IMG/VR virus record: IMGVR_UViG_3300021399_000124
DNA: 64,000 bases
From: an uncultured virus (IMG/VR IMGVR_UViG_3300021399_000124)
Lineage: Duplodnaviria; Heunggongvirae; Uroviricota; Caudoviricetes
Direction: 5' to 3' (one strand)
Position numbers and translations under genes: made by a program. The notes under the pieces were generated by a model, which was given only the letters and a program-made list of their open reading frames with translations, searched no databases and had not been told where the DNA came from. Of the stretch, positions 37,951-48,671 are shown one piece after another (within the stretch, counting starts at the first letter, position 1; each line of letters begins with the position of its first letter).

Positions 37951-38406
37951 ATGAATAAGAAATGCTCCTTAGTACATTGTTTACACGAGTCAAGGGAATT
38001 AACAGAAGAAGATGATGTTGTAACAGTTGGTAAAAAATCTTATCATGCAGACTGTTACGAGGTGGAGACACAAACGAAGAAAGTATGCGATTTGTTTTAT
38101 GAGAAAGTAAATCCGCATGCTGTATACTCTAACCTTCGCAAGATTGTAAATGAAATCGTTTATGAAAAAGGTATTTCGCCGGACGTTCTTTATTTTGGAA
38201 TCAATTATTATCTGAATAATCACATTCCTTTGAATTATCCTGCCGGGTTATTCTATGTGATTCAGAATAAGAAGATGATGGAAGCCTATAATAAAACAAA
38301 GGTGAAAAAGCTTAACTATAAATTTGAAGTAGAAACAGACAAGGATAATAAATATCAATATAATCCGAAGAATAATAACTCTGGGTTTAGCAGTATTTTA
38401 GGATGA
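37951..38406 (+). CDS. Zn-finger protein upstream of DnaB (possible helicase loader)
   Basis: Cys/His motifs (C....C...YHADC); position directly before the helicase. Confidence 0.5.
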   Translation: MNKKCSLVHCLHESRELTEEDDVVTVGKKSYHADCYEVETQTKKVCDLFYEKVNPHAVYSNLRKIVNEIVYEKGISPDVLYFGINYYLNNHIPLNYPAGLFYVIQNKKMMEAYNKTKVKKLNYKFEVETDKDNKYQYNPKNNNSGFSSILG

Positions 38407-38419
38407 AAGGAGTGATAGC

Positions 38420-39826
38420 TTGATTCAGAAAAGCTTGGCTGAGATATCAGATACTCAAGCAGAGGCAACTGTAATAGCAACACTACTTGCTCATCCTCAT
38501 ATGATTGTCCATATAGATCAAACACTGCGCCCAGGGTATTTTTACGGTCAAGATAACAGGTGTATGTTCTGGGCAATCAGAGAATTATATCATCGAGGTA
38601 TTGAGAATATTGATTCCATCAATCTCAGCAACATGATTAACTCAAATGCAGCTGTGGCGAGGAAGATGTCCGAGTATAATATTCCAAGTCTGCAAGGATA
38701 CATAGAGGACTCTAGATTCTACGTGAGAAATAGTCTTGAGGAATTGAAAGAAGTATCTAATAGGATTATAAGTCTCGCTTTTAAAAGAGAATTGTGCAAG
38801 GCTTGCGAAGAAGTTGAACGTGATTGTTTTAATGTTAATTATGACCTTGGGCAGCTGAATGATAAGTTCAATGCTAAGGTTGATAATCTTACCAAACAGT
38901 TTGTGATTGGTTCGGATATTACAGAGTTTGGAAATAAAGTTGATACACTTTGGGAGAATGTTGTGAGTCGAAGGACGAGCGGTGGCTACGGCATTCCGTC
39001 TAAGTTCTCTCTCCTCGGTAAATTCTTTAATTATGTGCCAACAAATCTGTATGTATTTAAGGCAAGATTAAAAGAAGGTAAAAGTGCATTATTAATGAAT
39101 GAGTGTATCAACATGCTCCAGAATGATGTTAGCTGTGTGTACTTTGACACCGAGATGGATGACGATTATTTCTTTACCAGAATGGTCGCCAACATCTCCG
39201 GTGTAGAATTGAACAGGATTGAGTCTGGTAATTACCAGGATGACGATGAAGAAAAGATTTATGCAGCGATTGACTGGATAAAGACAAGGAAGTTTGTCCA
39301 TATCTATATGACAGAGCCGAGGAAAGATGAAGTTTATGCGATTTGTAAAAGACTTACTTATAGCATGGATTTACAGGTTGTATTCTATGATTATCTGAAA
39401 TGCAATGATGGTGATGGTAATCTGACATCCAATATCCTTGGAGCGATGACAGATCATTTGAAAAATAAAGTATGTGGCGAACTTAATCTGATTGGCATAG
39501 CGGCGGCGCAGCTGAATAGAGGATTCGAGGTTGCCGACTCTGATAAGATTGAACGATATGCATCCGCAAGCATCTTCTGGGGAAGAAAGTCTCCAGAGTT
39601 GATACAGAAGGATGGTGTTGATGGCGGAAACTGCATGATGAGAGTAGATGCTAATCGCCGAGGGATGCGAATGGATGAGGATGAGAGGTTGAATTTTATC
39701 TTCGATGGAGCGAGGATGAGAATCGCTGAGGCTAGTAAACAGCCTAACGAGGACGATGAAAATCCGTTCCTTGTCGATGATAATTACATGAATGATAACT
39801 ATGGGATGCAGTTAGCGCCGACATAA
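38420..39826 (+). CDS. dnaB: DnaB-like replicative helicase
   Basis: AEATVIA N-domain; AR..EGKS Walker A; FDTEM; FYDY; AAQLNR; DSDKIER. Confidence 0.85.
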   Translation: MIQKSLAEISDTQAEATVIATLLAHPHMIVHIDQTLRPGYFYGQDNRCMFWAIRELYHRGIENIDSINLSNMINSNAAVARKMSEYNIPSLQGYIEDSRFYVRNSLEELKEVSNRIISLAFKRELCKACEEVERDCFNVNYDLGQLNDKFNAKVDNLTKQFVIGSDITEFGNKVDTLWENVVSRRTSGGYGIPSKFSLLGKFFNYVPTNLYVFKARLKEGKSALLMNECINMLQNDVSCVYFDTEMDDDYFFTRMVANISGVELNRIESGNYQDDDEEKIYAAIDWIKTRKFVHIYMTEPRKDEVYAICKRLTYSMDLQVVFYDYLKCNDGDGNLTSNILGAMTDHLKNKVCGELNLIGIAAAQLNRGFEVADSDKIERYASASIFWGRKSPELIQKDGVDGGNCMMRVDANRRGMRMDEDERLNFIFDGARMRIAEASKQPNEDDENPFLVDDNYMNDNYGMQLAPT

Positions 39827-39836
39827 GGAGAAACAT

Positions 39837-40400
39837 ATGAAGAAGATTATTGTTGTTATTATACTTTTGGCATTATTTATTTTAGCTGGAATTAAGATGG
39901 CTAATAAACCTGAGAAAGAATATGTGAGGAAGTACCCTCTCACGGTATACGAAGCTACAAAAGAGACTGAGACCGAGGAAGAGACTAAAAAAGAAACTGT
40001 AGAAATTAAAGAGACAACCCAAGAGGATATTAAAGAAACAGAAGCAGAAGTTGCGACAGAAGCCCCCGCAGAGGACGCTACAGAGCCGTCTGAGGACTTT
40101 GCAGAAGAGGCTGAAGAAGTTTACGTAGAAGATACTAACGGCTCTTATTTAGGCTATTACGAGCTTACAGCCTATACTCACACAGGCAACAACATGGCGA
40201 ACGGCGAGTATCCGTATGTCGGCGCTTGTGCTTGTAATTCGTTGGATCTCGGTACAGTAGTTTATATTGAAGGGTACGGAACATATACAGTCTGTGACCG
40301 TGGCGGGATGCCAGACAATGTTATTGATATCTTTATGGATACCTATGATGAGTGTGTAGAATTTGGTCGCCGTGGTGCGGATGTATATATTGTGGAGTGA
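39837..40400 (+). CDS. Membrane-anchored 3D-domain protein (cell-wall related)
   Basis: N-terminal TM, acidic linker, TAY...DRGG...IDIFM...FGRR. Confidence 0.8.
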   Translation: MKKIIVVIILLALFILAGIKMANKPEKEYVRKYPLTVYEATKETETEEETKKETVEIKETTQEDIKETEAEVATEAPAEDATEPSEDFAEEAEEVYVEDTNGSYLGYYELTAYTHTGNNMANGEYPYVGACACNSLDLGTVVYIEGYGTYTVCDRGGMPDNVIDIFMDTYDECVEFGRRGADVYIVE

Positions 40401-40405
40401 TTCAT

Positions 40406-40990
40406 ATGACAACAAAAGAAGATTTGCTTAAATGGGTAGAGGAAGAAAGCAATATGTATTTTGGCGGAGCAAAGCCGATTTATTCTATCATGCTTTTTGA
40501 ATATCCAAATAAAGAATATATGTTTCCTAAAGGTAGTAATTCTGGCTTTCCAGACCTTGGTGCTAATAGCGAACTTGGATTCTATTATTCACTGTCAGAA
40601 GCTATCGATGTCATGAATAACAATGCATTGGACATGAGAGAGTGTGTTTATAATGCTGGATTTATCCTTTGCAAATTTCCCGGACTTTATAATTTTGCAG
40701 GAAGTAATGTAAGAATGTATTTTGTTTGGGACGATGACAAACAAGGATTTTATCAACAGGAAGAACCGGAAATTTTTAAGCATGTTGCTTATTGAGGAGG
40801 AAAAAGTATGAGAGACCCGAATAGATTAGATGCGTTTTATGATGAATTAAAGAAAATCCATAAAGAGAAAGTGCCGGACTGGAGATTTGGACAGCTTATT
40901 GTAAATTTTCTCAGTTGGTACGGCAGAGATCCATTCTATCTCGAAGAAGATAAAATGATGGAATTAGTTAAAGAATTTTTCAAAGATTAA
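40406..40990 (+). CDS. Two hypothetical ORFs (40406-40795, 40808-40990)
   Basis: RBSs; the second has the MRDPNR...PDWRFGQL phage motif. Confidence 0.65.
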
Positions 40991-41007
40991 TGCGACATTA
41001 AACAACA

Positions 41008-41036
41008 TTGACACGAAATGATATATATGGTATAAT
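41008..41036 (+). promoter_or_regulatory. sigmaA promoter (extended -10) upstream of primase
   Basis: TTGACA-17-TATAAT with TG. Confidence 0.8.
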
Positions 41037-41053
41037 CAATAAGAGGTGAGGAA

Positions 41054-42073
41054 ATGGAAGATTATAAAAGAATCGATGAAGAAATACTTAATCAGATGAC
41101 GCAGTCGGTTGATTTACTAGAGTACATTTCAGAGAATTATGATGTACACAGAATAAATGATGACTCGTATGCCATTTCCTGCCCTCTTCATACTGACAAA
41201 ACACCGAGTCTGAAGATAACACCAAGCCTTAATATGTTTCACTGTTTTTCCTGCGGATTCTCCGGTACGATATTACAGTGGATGGTCAAGGTGGAAGGAT
41301 TGTCTTACAGACAGGCGATAGATAAATTATCTGCAATGACTGGAATTGATGCTAAGAAATATAAAAGTTCCAGTTCATTTAAGGCATTTAAAGAGATAAA
41401 AAACATATGGAGTAAAAAAGAAACTGATATCAGCAAACGCAAGCTTCTTCCTGCGGACGAGATAAACAAATACAGGAAAGACTATCCGCAGGAGTGGCTT
41501 GATGAGGGAATCACTAAAGAGGCGATGGATGAGTTTAACATCAGAATTGATGATGACTCAAACAGGATTGTTTATCCTATTTGGGATTCCGCTGGTAATA
41601 TCATCACAATAAAAGGACGCACAAGGTTTGAGAATTACAAGCAGATGAAGATTGCAAAGTATATTTCTTACAATAAAATTTATGGCTCGGATTTCCTTGT
41701 TGGACTTCGTGAAAACAAAGAACATATAAAAGAAAAGAATGAAGTCATCGTTGTGGAAGGGATTAAAAGCGTGATGAAGCTGTGGGGTTGGGGATATGAT
41801 AATGCAGTCGCCCTGGAAACAAAAAGTATGACTGATATGCAGATGAGATTGCTGATATCTCTTAATGTAAAAGATGTTGTGATTGCATTTGACTCGGATG
41901 TATTACCGAGTCAGATAAAGAATACAGTCAAGACATTAAAGAAATTTGTAAATGTTTATATGATTGATGATAGGAACAGGCTGCTTGGCGGAGTAAAAGC
42001 AAAGGCCAGTCCACCGGATCTCGGACGAGAGATTTGGGAGAGGCTTTATAGTGAGAGAACGAGGGTGATGTAA
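41054..42073 (+). CDS. dnaG: DNA primase (CHC2 zinc finger plus TOPRIM)
   Basis: CPLHTDKTPS...FHCFSCG; VVEG; AFDSD. Confidence 0.9.
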   Translation: MEDYKRIDEEILNQMTQSVDLLEYISENYDVHRINDDSYAISCPLHTDKTPSLKITPSLNMFHCFSCGFSGTILQWMVKVEGLSYRQAIDKLSAMTGIDAKKYKSSSSFKAFKEIKNIWSKKETDISKRKLLPADEINKYRKDYPQEWLDEGITKEAMDEFNIRIDDDSNRIVYPIWDSAGNIITIKGRTRFENYKQMKIAKYISYNKIYGSDFLVGLRENKEHIKEKNEVIVVEGIKSVMKLWGWGYDNAVALETKSMTDMQMRLLISLNVKDVVIAFDSDVLPSQIKNTVKTLKKFVNVYMIDDRNRLLGGVKAKASPPDLGREIWERLYSERTRVM

Positions 42074-42075
42074 AT

Positions 42076-42849
42076 ATGATTGACTTTGATAATATGCTCT
42101 GGAGCTTTTCCAGAATTAATTCGTTTAACACATGCCCTTATGCATGGTATTTACACTATGCAGAAGGAAAAACAGATGAAGGCTCTGCATTTTCTGAAAT
42201 TGGAATTTTTATGCATGAAATACTTGAAAAATACATTAAAGGAGAATTGTCTTATTTTGACCTTTCTTTATATTATGAGGAACATTTCGCAGAAGCGGTG
42301 CGTCATGCATTCCCGCCTGGAAGAGTTGATTTAAGACAAAAATATTATGATGATTGTCTTGAATATTTAAATAATATTAATTTGCATCTTGATAATTTTG
42401 ACATCCTTGGCGTCGAAAAAGAAATAAATTTTAAAATTGATAAATATAATCTTGTTGGATATATTGATTTACTTCTTCGCAGTAAAGAGACTGGTAAGAT
42501 TACTATATTAGATCACAAATCTGCGAATCTGAAGTTTAAGAAGAACGGCGATATATCCAAAACCGATTTGGAGCATTTTCAATCCTTCAAGAGACAGCTG
42601 TACTTGTATTCAAAAGCTGTGATTGAAGAGTATGGAGAAGAGCCGGAATATCTGGCATGGAATCTGTTCAGGCTTGGCAAGTTATACCAAATCCCATGGA
42701 CGAGAGAAGGGTATAACGAAGCATTAGAGTGGGCAAAAGAAACCATGGATACAATAACACAAGAAGAATTATGGCTTCCAGAAAACGGAGCAAAACATTT
42801 CTGTAATAATATCTGTGGGCAACGGATGATTTGCGATTACAAGGAGTAG
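42076..42849 (+). CDS. PD-(D/E)XK (Cas4/RecB-like) exonuclease
   Basis: SFSRINSF.TCP, H, GYIDL, LDHKS, QLYLY, C-terminal Cys cluster. Confidence 0.85.
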   Translation: MIDFDNMLWSFSRINSFNTCPYAWYLHYAEGKTDEGSAFSEIGIFMHEILEKYIKGELSYFDLSLYYEEHFAEAVRHAFPPGRVDLRQKYYDDCLEYLNNINLHLDNFDILGVEKEINFKIDKYNLVGYIDLLLRSKETGKITILDHKSANLKFKKNGDISKTDLEHFQSFKRQLYLYSKAVIEEYGEEPEYLAWNLFRLGKLYQIPWTREGYNEALEWAKETMDTITQEELWLPENGAKHFCNNICGQRMICDYKE

Positions 42850-42863
42850 AAAGGTGGGATATA

Positions 42864-45800
42864 GTGGATAATTATGTAATCTACCATCTGCATAGTATGT
42901 ATAGCAACGGTGTTACAAATATTGATAGTATCACTGGTTATCAGCAGTATGTAGATTTTGCAAAAGAGAATGGCATGAAAGCGATGGCGTTCTCAGAGCA
43001 TGGATCTGTATTTTCATGGCTTAAAAAGAAGGAAGCTATTGAAAAAGCTGGTATGAAATATATTCATGCTGAGGAATTTTATGTTACAGAAAAATTATAT
43101 GAATATCTAGACATCAACAATATCCCAGATGAATTTTATGAAGCATCTCTTGGAAGAGACCCCTTAGAAATTCAAAAAGAAATTGAGAATTTTTTAGAAT
43201 CGACAAAAAAGAGACTAAAAGATAACTATCATTGTGTGTTAATCGCCAAGAATTATGCCGGAGTAAAAGAGTTAAATAAATTATCCACTGTATCATTCAA
43301 CAGAGATGACGGACATTTCTATTACAGACCGAGAATTACATTTGATGAATTGTTTCATACTAGTGATAACATCATTATAACAACCGCTTGTCTGGCATCT
43401 GCTCTAAACAGAGGGACGGATGAAGCAAGAGAAAAATTTATCTGCTTTCTTCGCAAAAATAAACATAGATGTTTTCTTGAGATTCAGCATCATGATGTAG
43501 AAGACCAGAAAGAATATAATAAATATCTTTGGGAGCTTAGTAAAACTATTGATGTACCATTGATTGCCGGAACTGACACACACGCTCTTAATGAAGAACA
43601 TATGAAAGGGCGGGCGATAATGCAGAAAGCGAAGAATGTACATTTTGCCGAAGAAGACAGCTGGGATTTGACAGCTAAAACATTCGATGCTCTTGTAGCT
43701 GCTTACAAAAAACAGGATGCACTTCCGTCAGATGTCTTCATGGAAGCTATTGATAATACAAATAAGATGGCTGATATGATTGAAGAGTTTGAGGTGACTA
43801 GAGAATATAAGTATCCTCATTTATGGGAAGACCCAGAAGGATTAATTAGACAAAAGATTAAAGAAGGTATTATCCGCCGTGGAGTAGATAAATATCCAAA
43901 TTATCAAGAGTATCTAGATAGAATAGAGCATGAGATGGATGCATATATCCATAATGGAGCAATAGATTTCATGCTTCTCATGGAAGACATTATTGCTTGG
44001 ATGAGAGAGCATAACATAATGCCTGGATACGGCAGAGGATCATGTAATGGCTCAGTTATTGCTTGGCTTCTTGGTATTACAGAAATGGATTCAATTAAGC
44101 ATAATCTCAATTTCGAGCGCTTTATGAACGTAGAAAGAGTCAGCCTTTCAGATATTGATACAGACATCCCGCCATCAAAGATTGAAGATGTTAAGCAATA
44201 CATTATGTCGAAACACGGTTTATATTGTAGCGACATTATCACATTTAATACAGTGAGTGATAAAGGTGCAATAAGAGACGTTGGACGAGCATTAGAGATT
44301 CCGTTGTCTGAAGTTGGCGATATATGCGATTGTGTAGATAATGCCAAAGAATATGAAAAAGCTAGAAAAAAATATCCAGAATTATTTTATTATGTTGACC
44401 TTGTAAAAGGAGTCATTGTTAGCATCGGCACTCATCCGTGCGGAATGATTGTAAGTCCGCAAAGTCTCGATGATAATGTCGGGCTTTGTACTACATCGAC
44501 ATCGCCGTATCCAGTAAGTGAATTATACATGAAAGAAGTTGATTCTCTTAATTATGTAAAGCTTGACCTGTTAAAATTGGACACGATAGAGATTATCAAT
44601 AATACTTGTGAACTTGCAGGGATTGAAAGAGTAACGCCGGACAATGTAGATATTAACGATGACAATGTTTGGAATGCAATGAGAGAGGATACCGCAGGAA
44701 TATTCCAGTGGAATTCAAGCACCGGATCAGATTATATTAAAAAGCTTTTATCTGATTCAACCATTAAAAAATTCAAAAAGGTTATGCCGAACATTGATAA
44801 GATGACTCTTTTAAGTATCGGTAATTCTGCTATCAGACCAGCGGGCGAATCTTATAGAGAGGATTTAGCTAATGGTGTTGTAAGAACAACAGGTTCTAAA
44901 CCAATTGATGAATTCCTTAGTAATACATTTGGTTTTCTTGTATTTCAGGAACAGATTATCGCATTCCTTCATGAGTATTGTGGATTCACGATGGGTGAGG
45001 CTGATATTGTTAGAAGAGGTTTTGCGAAAAAGACAGGTACGGAAGCTATGATTCCAATCATTGTTAATGGTGGATATCTTAATGGTAATGAAAAACATTA
45101 TATCGATGGATATATTAAAACCATGAAAGATAGGTATGATATTAGCGAGAAAAAATCAGAGGAAGACATTATTGCTTTTATCAAGGTTATTGAGGATGCC
45201 AGTCGATATCTTTTTTCTTTAAATCACTCGCAGCCGTACTCCTACGAGGGTTATGTATGTGCCTGGTTACGAACATATTACCCGACAGAATTTTTAACAG
45301 TAAGCCTTAATGTAAATGCTGATAAGGAAGAAAAGACCAAAGAGTTGACAGCCTATGCGAAGAAGCGAGGAATTCGTATCGAATCTCCACGATATGGATA
45401 TTCTAAAAGCGGTTATCAATGTGATGCAAAGAATAAGGCTATTTATAAGGGAATCAAATCAATTAAATATATGAATGATAAGATTGCCGATGAACTCATG
45501 GAAGCTTCACATAAAACATTTGATAGCTTTATAGACTTGTTGTATTACATTGATAGAAACACATCTGTTGATAGTAGGCAGTTATCGATATTGATTAAGC
45601 TAGACTTTTTCTCAGACTTTGGCGATATTAATCAGCTTTTAAAAGAATGCGAATTGTTCAATGAATTTGGCGACAAGAAATTTATACAAAAAACAAAGCT
45701 TGAAAAATTCAATATTCCAGAAGAGGCAGTTAGAGAAATCGCCGAGAAGGAGACTCCGACCAGGTTTACTGTCGATATAAAAAAGTTCCTGCGGATGGTT

Positions 45801-46187
45801 GCCGATTGTATAAATACGCAGCCGTGTTCATTGTCAGATAAAATCAAATATCAGATTGAACTGCTTGGTTACGCAGATTATACAAATCCAGAAGCAGACC
45901 CTCGATGCGCATTTATCACAAACGTAGACACAAAGTATACACCGTGTGTAGATGCTTATTGTTTACAGAATGGTGAGGTCAGAAAATTTAAGATTCATAA
46001 GTCCAGAAATCCTAAAGAGCCGAGCGTGAAAATGACTTGGCGGGATCTTCCGCTTGAAGTTGGCGATGCCATCTATATTAAAAATTTTAAGAAGAAACCG
46101 GCGATGAAAAAAGTCAATGATAAGTGGGTAGTTGTTGATGGAAAATTCAACGTCTGGATTAATGATTATAACAAAATAAGTATTTAA
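42864..46187 (+). CDS. dnaE: DNA polymerase III alpha subunit (DnaE family)
   Basis: PHP domain (HLHSMYS, SEHG, DTH), GRGS, SDIDTD, HPCG, KLDLL, FSLNHS. Confidence 0.95.
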   Translation: MDNYVIYHLHSMYSNGVTNIDSITGYQQYVDFAKENGMKAMAFSEHGSVFSWLKKKEAIEKAGMKYIHAEEFYVTEKLYEYLDINNIPDEFYEASLGRDPLEIQKEIENFLESTKKRLKDNYHCVLIAKNYAGVKELNKLSTVSFNRDDGHFYYRPRITFDELFHTSDNIIITTACLASALNRGTDEAREKFICFLRKNKHRCFLEIQHHDVEDQKEYNKYLWELSKTIDVPLIAGTDTHALNEEHMKGRAIMQKAKNVHFAEEDSWDLTAKTFDALVAAYKKQDALPSDVFMEAIDNTNKMADMIEEFEVTREYKYPHLWEDPEGLIRQKIKEGIIRRGVDKYPNYQEYLDRIEHEMDAYIHNGAIDFMLLMEDIIAWMREHNIMPGYGRGSCNGSVIAWLLGITEMDSIKHNLNFERFMNVERVSLSDIDTDIPPSKIEDVKQYIMSKHGLYCSDIITFNTVSDKGAIRDVGRALEIPLSEVGDICDCVDNAKEYEKARKKYPELFYYVDLVKGVIVSIGTHPCGMIVSPQSLDDNVGLCTTSTSPYPVSELYMKEVDSLNYVKLDLLKLDTIEIINNTCELAGIERVTPDNVDINDDNVWNAMREDTAGIFQWNSSTGSDYIKKLLSDSTIKKFKKVMPNIDKMTLLSIGNSAIRPAGESYREDLANGVVRTTGSKPIDEFLSNTFGFLVFQEQIIAFLHEYCGFTMGEADIVRRGFAKKTGTEAMIPIIVNGGYLNGNEKHYIDGYIKTMKDRYDISEKKSEEDIIAFIKVIEDASRYLFSLNHSQPYSYEGYVCAWLRTYYPTEFLTVSLNVNADKEEKTKELTAYAKKRGIRIESPRYGYSKSGYQCDAKNKAIYKGIKSIKYMNDKIADELMEASHKTFDSFIDLLYYIDRNTSVDSRQLSILIKLDFFSDFGDINQLLKECELFNEFGDKKFIQKTKLEKFNIPEEAVREIAEKETPTRFTVDIKKFLRMVADCINTQPCSLSDKIKYQIELLGYADYTNPEADPRCAFITNVDTKYTPCVDAYCLQNGEVRKFKIHKSRNPKEPSVKMTWRDLPLEVGDAIYIKNFKKKPAMKKVNDKWVVVDGKFNVWINDYNKISI

Positions 46188-46193
46188 GGAGAA

Positions 46194-46415
46194 ATGAATA
46201 TGAACGAAGAAAGACCTATTTTAAGAAGTGTAACTGCATTTATTGAAAGAGGAAAAGAAAAGGTTGTTTTTGAACTTGCCAGAGATAGTGGTTGGCACAG
46301 CGACATCGTTCTTGAGAAAAAGTTTGATAGCACGGAGTCGTGGAAAGCGAATTGTGATTTGGAGTTATTAACGTATTGTCTTCTTGAATTCGCCAAACAG
46401 GTCGAAACGAAGTGA
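46194..46415 (+). CDS. Hypothetical protein
   Basis: AAGGAG RBS. Confidence 0.6.
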   Translation: MNMNEERPILRSVTAFIERGKEKVVFELARDSGWHSDIVLEKKFDSTESWKANCDLELLTYCLLEFAKQVETK

Positions 46416-46420
46416 TGTAG

Positions 46421-46951
46421 TTGCTGAAGTTTTATAAATTTACTGATAAAGAATCCAAGGAATTAATGAAGTCGATGACTATTCTAGTGGATACCCGTGA
46501 GAAAGAGAATCGAGTCATTTTAGATTATTTTGATAAGGCTAAAGTAAAATATGAAATCCGTAAACTGGACTATGGTGATTATTCCGTAAAGCTTGGTAAG
46601 AATGAAGACCTCGGAATCCTACGGGATTTATACTTTGATAAACAGGTTGTGATTGAAAGAAAGGGTTCTTTGGAAGAGCTGGCGACAAACCTCACGAAAG
46701 AGCGTGACAGGCTCAAGAAGGAGCTTTCTCTAGCACCAAAGGATAAAGTTATCATGATAGAGGGATGCTCCTACAGCGACCTCGTAGAGGGCAATTACCG
46801 TAGTCAGTTTGCTGTTAAATCTTTTCTCGGATCGCTTCATAGTCTTTGGTTTGCATACGATGCACCATTCTTCTTTGTGGATAATAAGAAATGGTCAGGC
46901 GCTTTCATTCAAGGATTCTTTACTTACTGGTTAAAAAATTATTTGAGGTAA
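46421..46951 (+). CDS. ERCC4-domain nuclease (resolvase-like)
   Basis: VDTREK, LDYGDYS, IERKGSLEEL. Confidence 0.85.
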   Translation: MLKFYKFTDKESKELMKSMTILVDTREKENRVILDYFDKAKVKYEIRKLDYGDYSVKLGKNEDLGILRDLYFDKQVVIERKGSLEELATNLTKERDRLKKELSLAPKDKVIMIEGCSYSDLVEGNYRSQFAVKSFLGSLHSLWFAYDAPFFFVDNKKWSGAFIQGFFTYWLKNYLR

Positions 46952-46955
46952 CAAG

Positions 46956-47282
46956 ATGGCGAGAAAACTATTGACCAACTGTCCCAACTGTGGAGCGCCA
47001 CTCCAAAGGGACGGAACTTGTGAGTATTGTGGTACTAAAGCAAGATATGCTAATGAATTAGATATTAATTTACTTAGTATGTACGAAGTAGAGCCGATTG
47101 AATTAGAATTACGGATGAATATGGACGATTCCATTGTGATTATGCCTATGGTTGGGACGATTGATTCAATCAACCTTCAATCAAATTCTGTTTATACGAC
47201 TGGTCATGCTGGTCAAACATTATCGGTGATATGTGGAGAAACAAATGTCGATTTTACGTTTAGTGGACATCTGATAAGATAG
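46956..47282 (+). CDS. Zinc-ribbon protein
   Basis: CPNCGAP...CEYCG. Confidence 0.7.
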   Translation: MARKLLTNCPNCGAPLQRDGTCEYCGTKARYANELDINLLSMYEVEPIELELRMNMDDSIVIMPMVGTIDSINLQSNSVYTTGHAGQTLSVICGETNVDFTFSGHLIR

Positions 47283-47290
47283 GAGATTAT

Positions 47291-48073
47291 ATGGATAAAA
47301 ATCAAAAAGAAAAGATTGTGGCTTTATTTACAGAAAACATGGAGACGCAGGAGTTTAAGGATTATCTGATGGATATTGGTATGTTAGTGCCGGACTACTG
47401 GTTTGAGATGCCCGCAAGCACAACATCAAAATATCATTCTGCACAGCAGTGTATTACGCCTGGCGGACAGGTTATTCATTGCCTCCTATTCGCAAGCATC
47501 CTTGAGCATCTGCTGAGGCTGAAGCATTTCAAGGAAGAGTTTGAAACGCCGGAGATTCGTGATTGTCTGCGCTGCGCTCCTTTGCTGCATGATTCATTCA
47601 AAAAGGGATTAAATAACTCGAAGTGGACAGTGCCTGATCATCCGAAGATTGCAGCGGAGTTTGTATTAAAAACAAAGGTTGAACATGATATCTCACCAAT
47701 GTGGAAGAAGTATATTGCAGGACTTTGCGAAGCGCACAGCGGAGAGTTTAACAAGGATCGAAGCGGTAAAGTTATCATGAAATATCCTGAAAATCGTGGC
47801 GAGTTACTGATTCATATGTGCGATATCCTTAGCAGTCGAAATGATATTGTATGGGATATTCCGAAAGCTGTTGAAGATTTATTATCTGGAGTTGAAGTTG
47901 AGGCTGCTCCACAAAAAGAGAAAACTCTCGATGTCGCCACCTTTAAGATGCCGTTTGGCAAATATAAAGGTATGACGCTCGGCGAAATCAAAGAAGAGAA
48001 CGCCGGTTATATTGATTGGATGAAAGAGAATATGAAGGACAGAGATTTTTATCCTCTTTTAGATGAGGTTTGA
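47291..48073 (+). CDS. HD-domain phosphohydrolase with C-terminal MPFGKYKG module
   Basis: PASTTSKYH, H, LLHD, AH, HMCD motifs. Confidence 0.8.
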   Translation: MDKNQKEKIVALFTENMETQEFKDYLMDIGMLVPDYWFEMPASTTSKYHSAQQCITPGGQVIHCLLFASILEHLLRLKHFKEEFETPEIRDCLRCAPLLHDSFKKGLNNSKWTVPDHPKIAAEFVLKTKVEHDISPMWKKYIAGLCEAHSGEFNKDRSGKVIMKYPENRGELLIHMCDILSSRNDIVWDIPKAVEDLLSGVEVEAAPQKEKTLDVATFKMPFGKYKGMTLGEIKEENAGYIDWMKENMKDRDFYPLLDEV

Positions 48074-48248
48074 TGTATGGCTAATTTAATAAACGAATTT
48101 GGCTTAACTGAAGAAGAACAAAAGATAATTGATGAAAGTATAAAATTAATTTTTACTGGTAATCTCGATGATGACCTTAGGCTTCATGTACTTCATGCAG
48201 TGCTTGGGTTTTTGGTAGATTGTATTAATAAAAGGGAGTGTGATTGTT

Positions 48249-48671
48249 ATGAGTGCTGTTAATATATACCTCGCCGGTGCATGTAGAGATGTGCCGGACG
48301 AGGGAACTGAATGGCGCAAGATGGCGACTGAAAGACTCGAAAAGATTGCCGAGTGGTGCGGACGGAGTGTTAAGGTTTTAAATCCGACCAAGTATTTTTC
48401 TTATAAAACTAAGAAGCACAGAACTAACAAACAGGTCAAAGAGTTTTATCTTAGTAAGTTAGCTAAGTGCGACATTGTGTTGTTAAATCTGAACGATACG
48501 AAGAATAGTGTCGGCACAGGACAGGAATGTCAGTTTGCCAGAGACCATGAGATTCCTATTATCGGATTTGGTTCTGAAGAAGTGTATCCGTGGCTTGAAG
48601 TTGATTGCCAAGTTGTATTTGAGGATATGACTTTAGCATTAGATTACATTAGAGATTATTATATTGCATAA
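48249..48671 (+). CDS. Nucleoside 2-deoxyribosyltransferase-like protein
   Basis: IYLAG, WR, LNP, SVGTGQE. Confidence 0.75.
   Translation: MSAVNIYLAGACRDVPDEGTEWRKMATERLEKIAEWCGRSVKVLNPTKYFSYKTKKHRTNKQVKEFYLSKLAKCDIVLLNLNDTKNSVGTGQECQFARDHEIPIIGFGSEEVYPWLEVDCQVVFEDMTLALDYIRDYYIA

Noticed and set aside
42076..42849. CRISPR-associated Cas4
   Set aside because: It is a solo PD-(D/E)XK nuclease inside the replication operon, which is common in phages.
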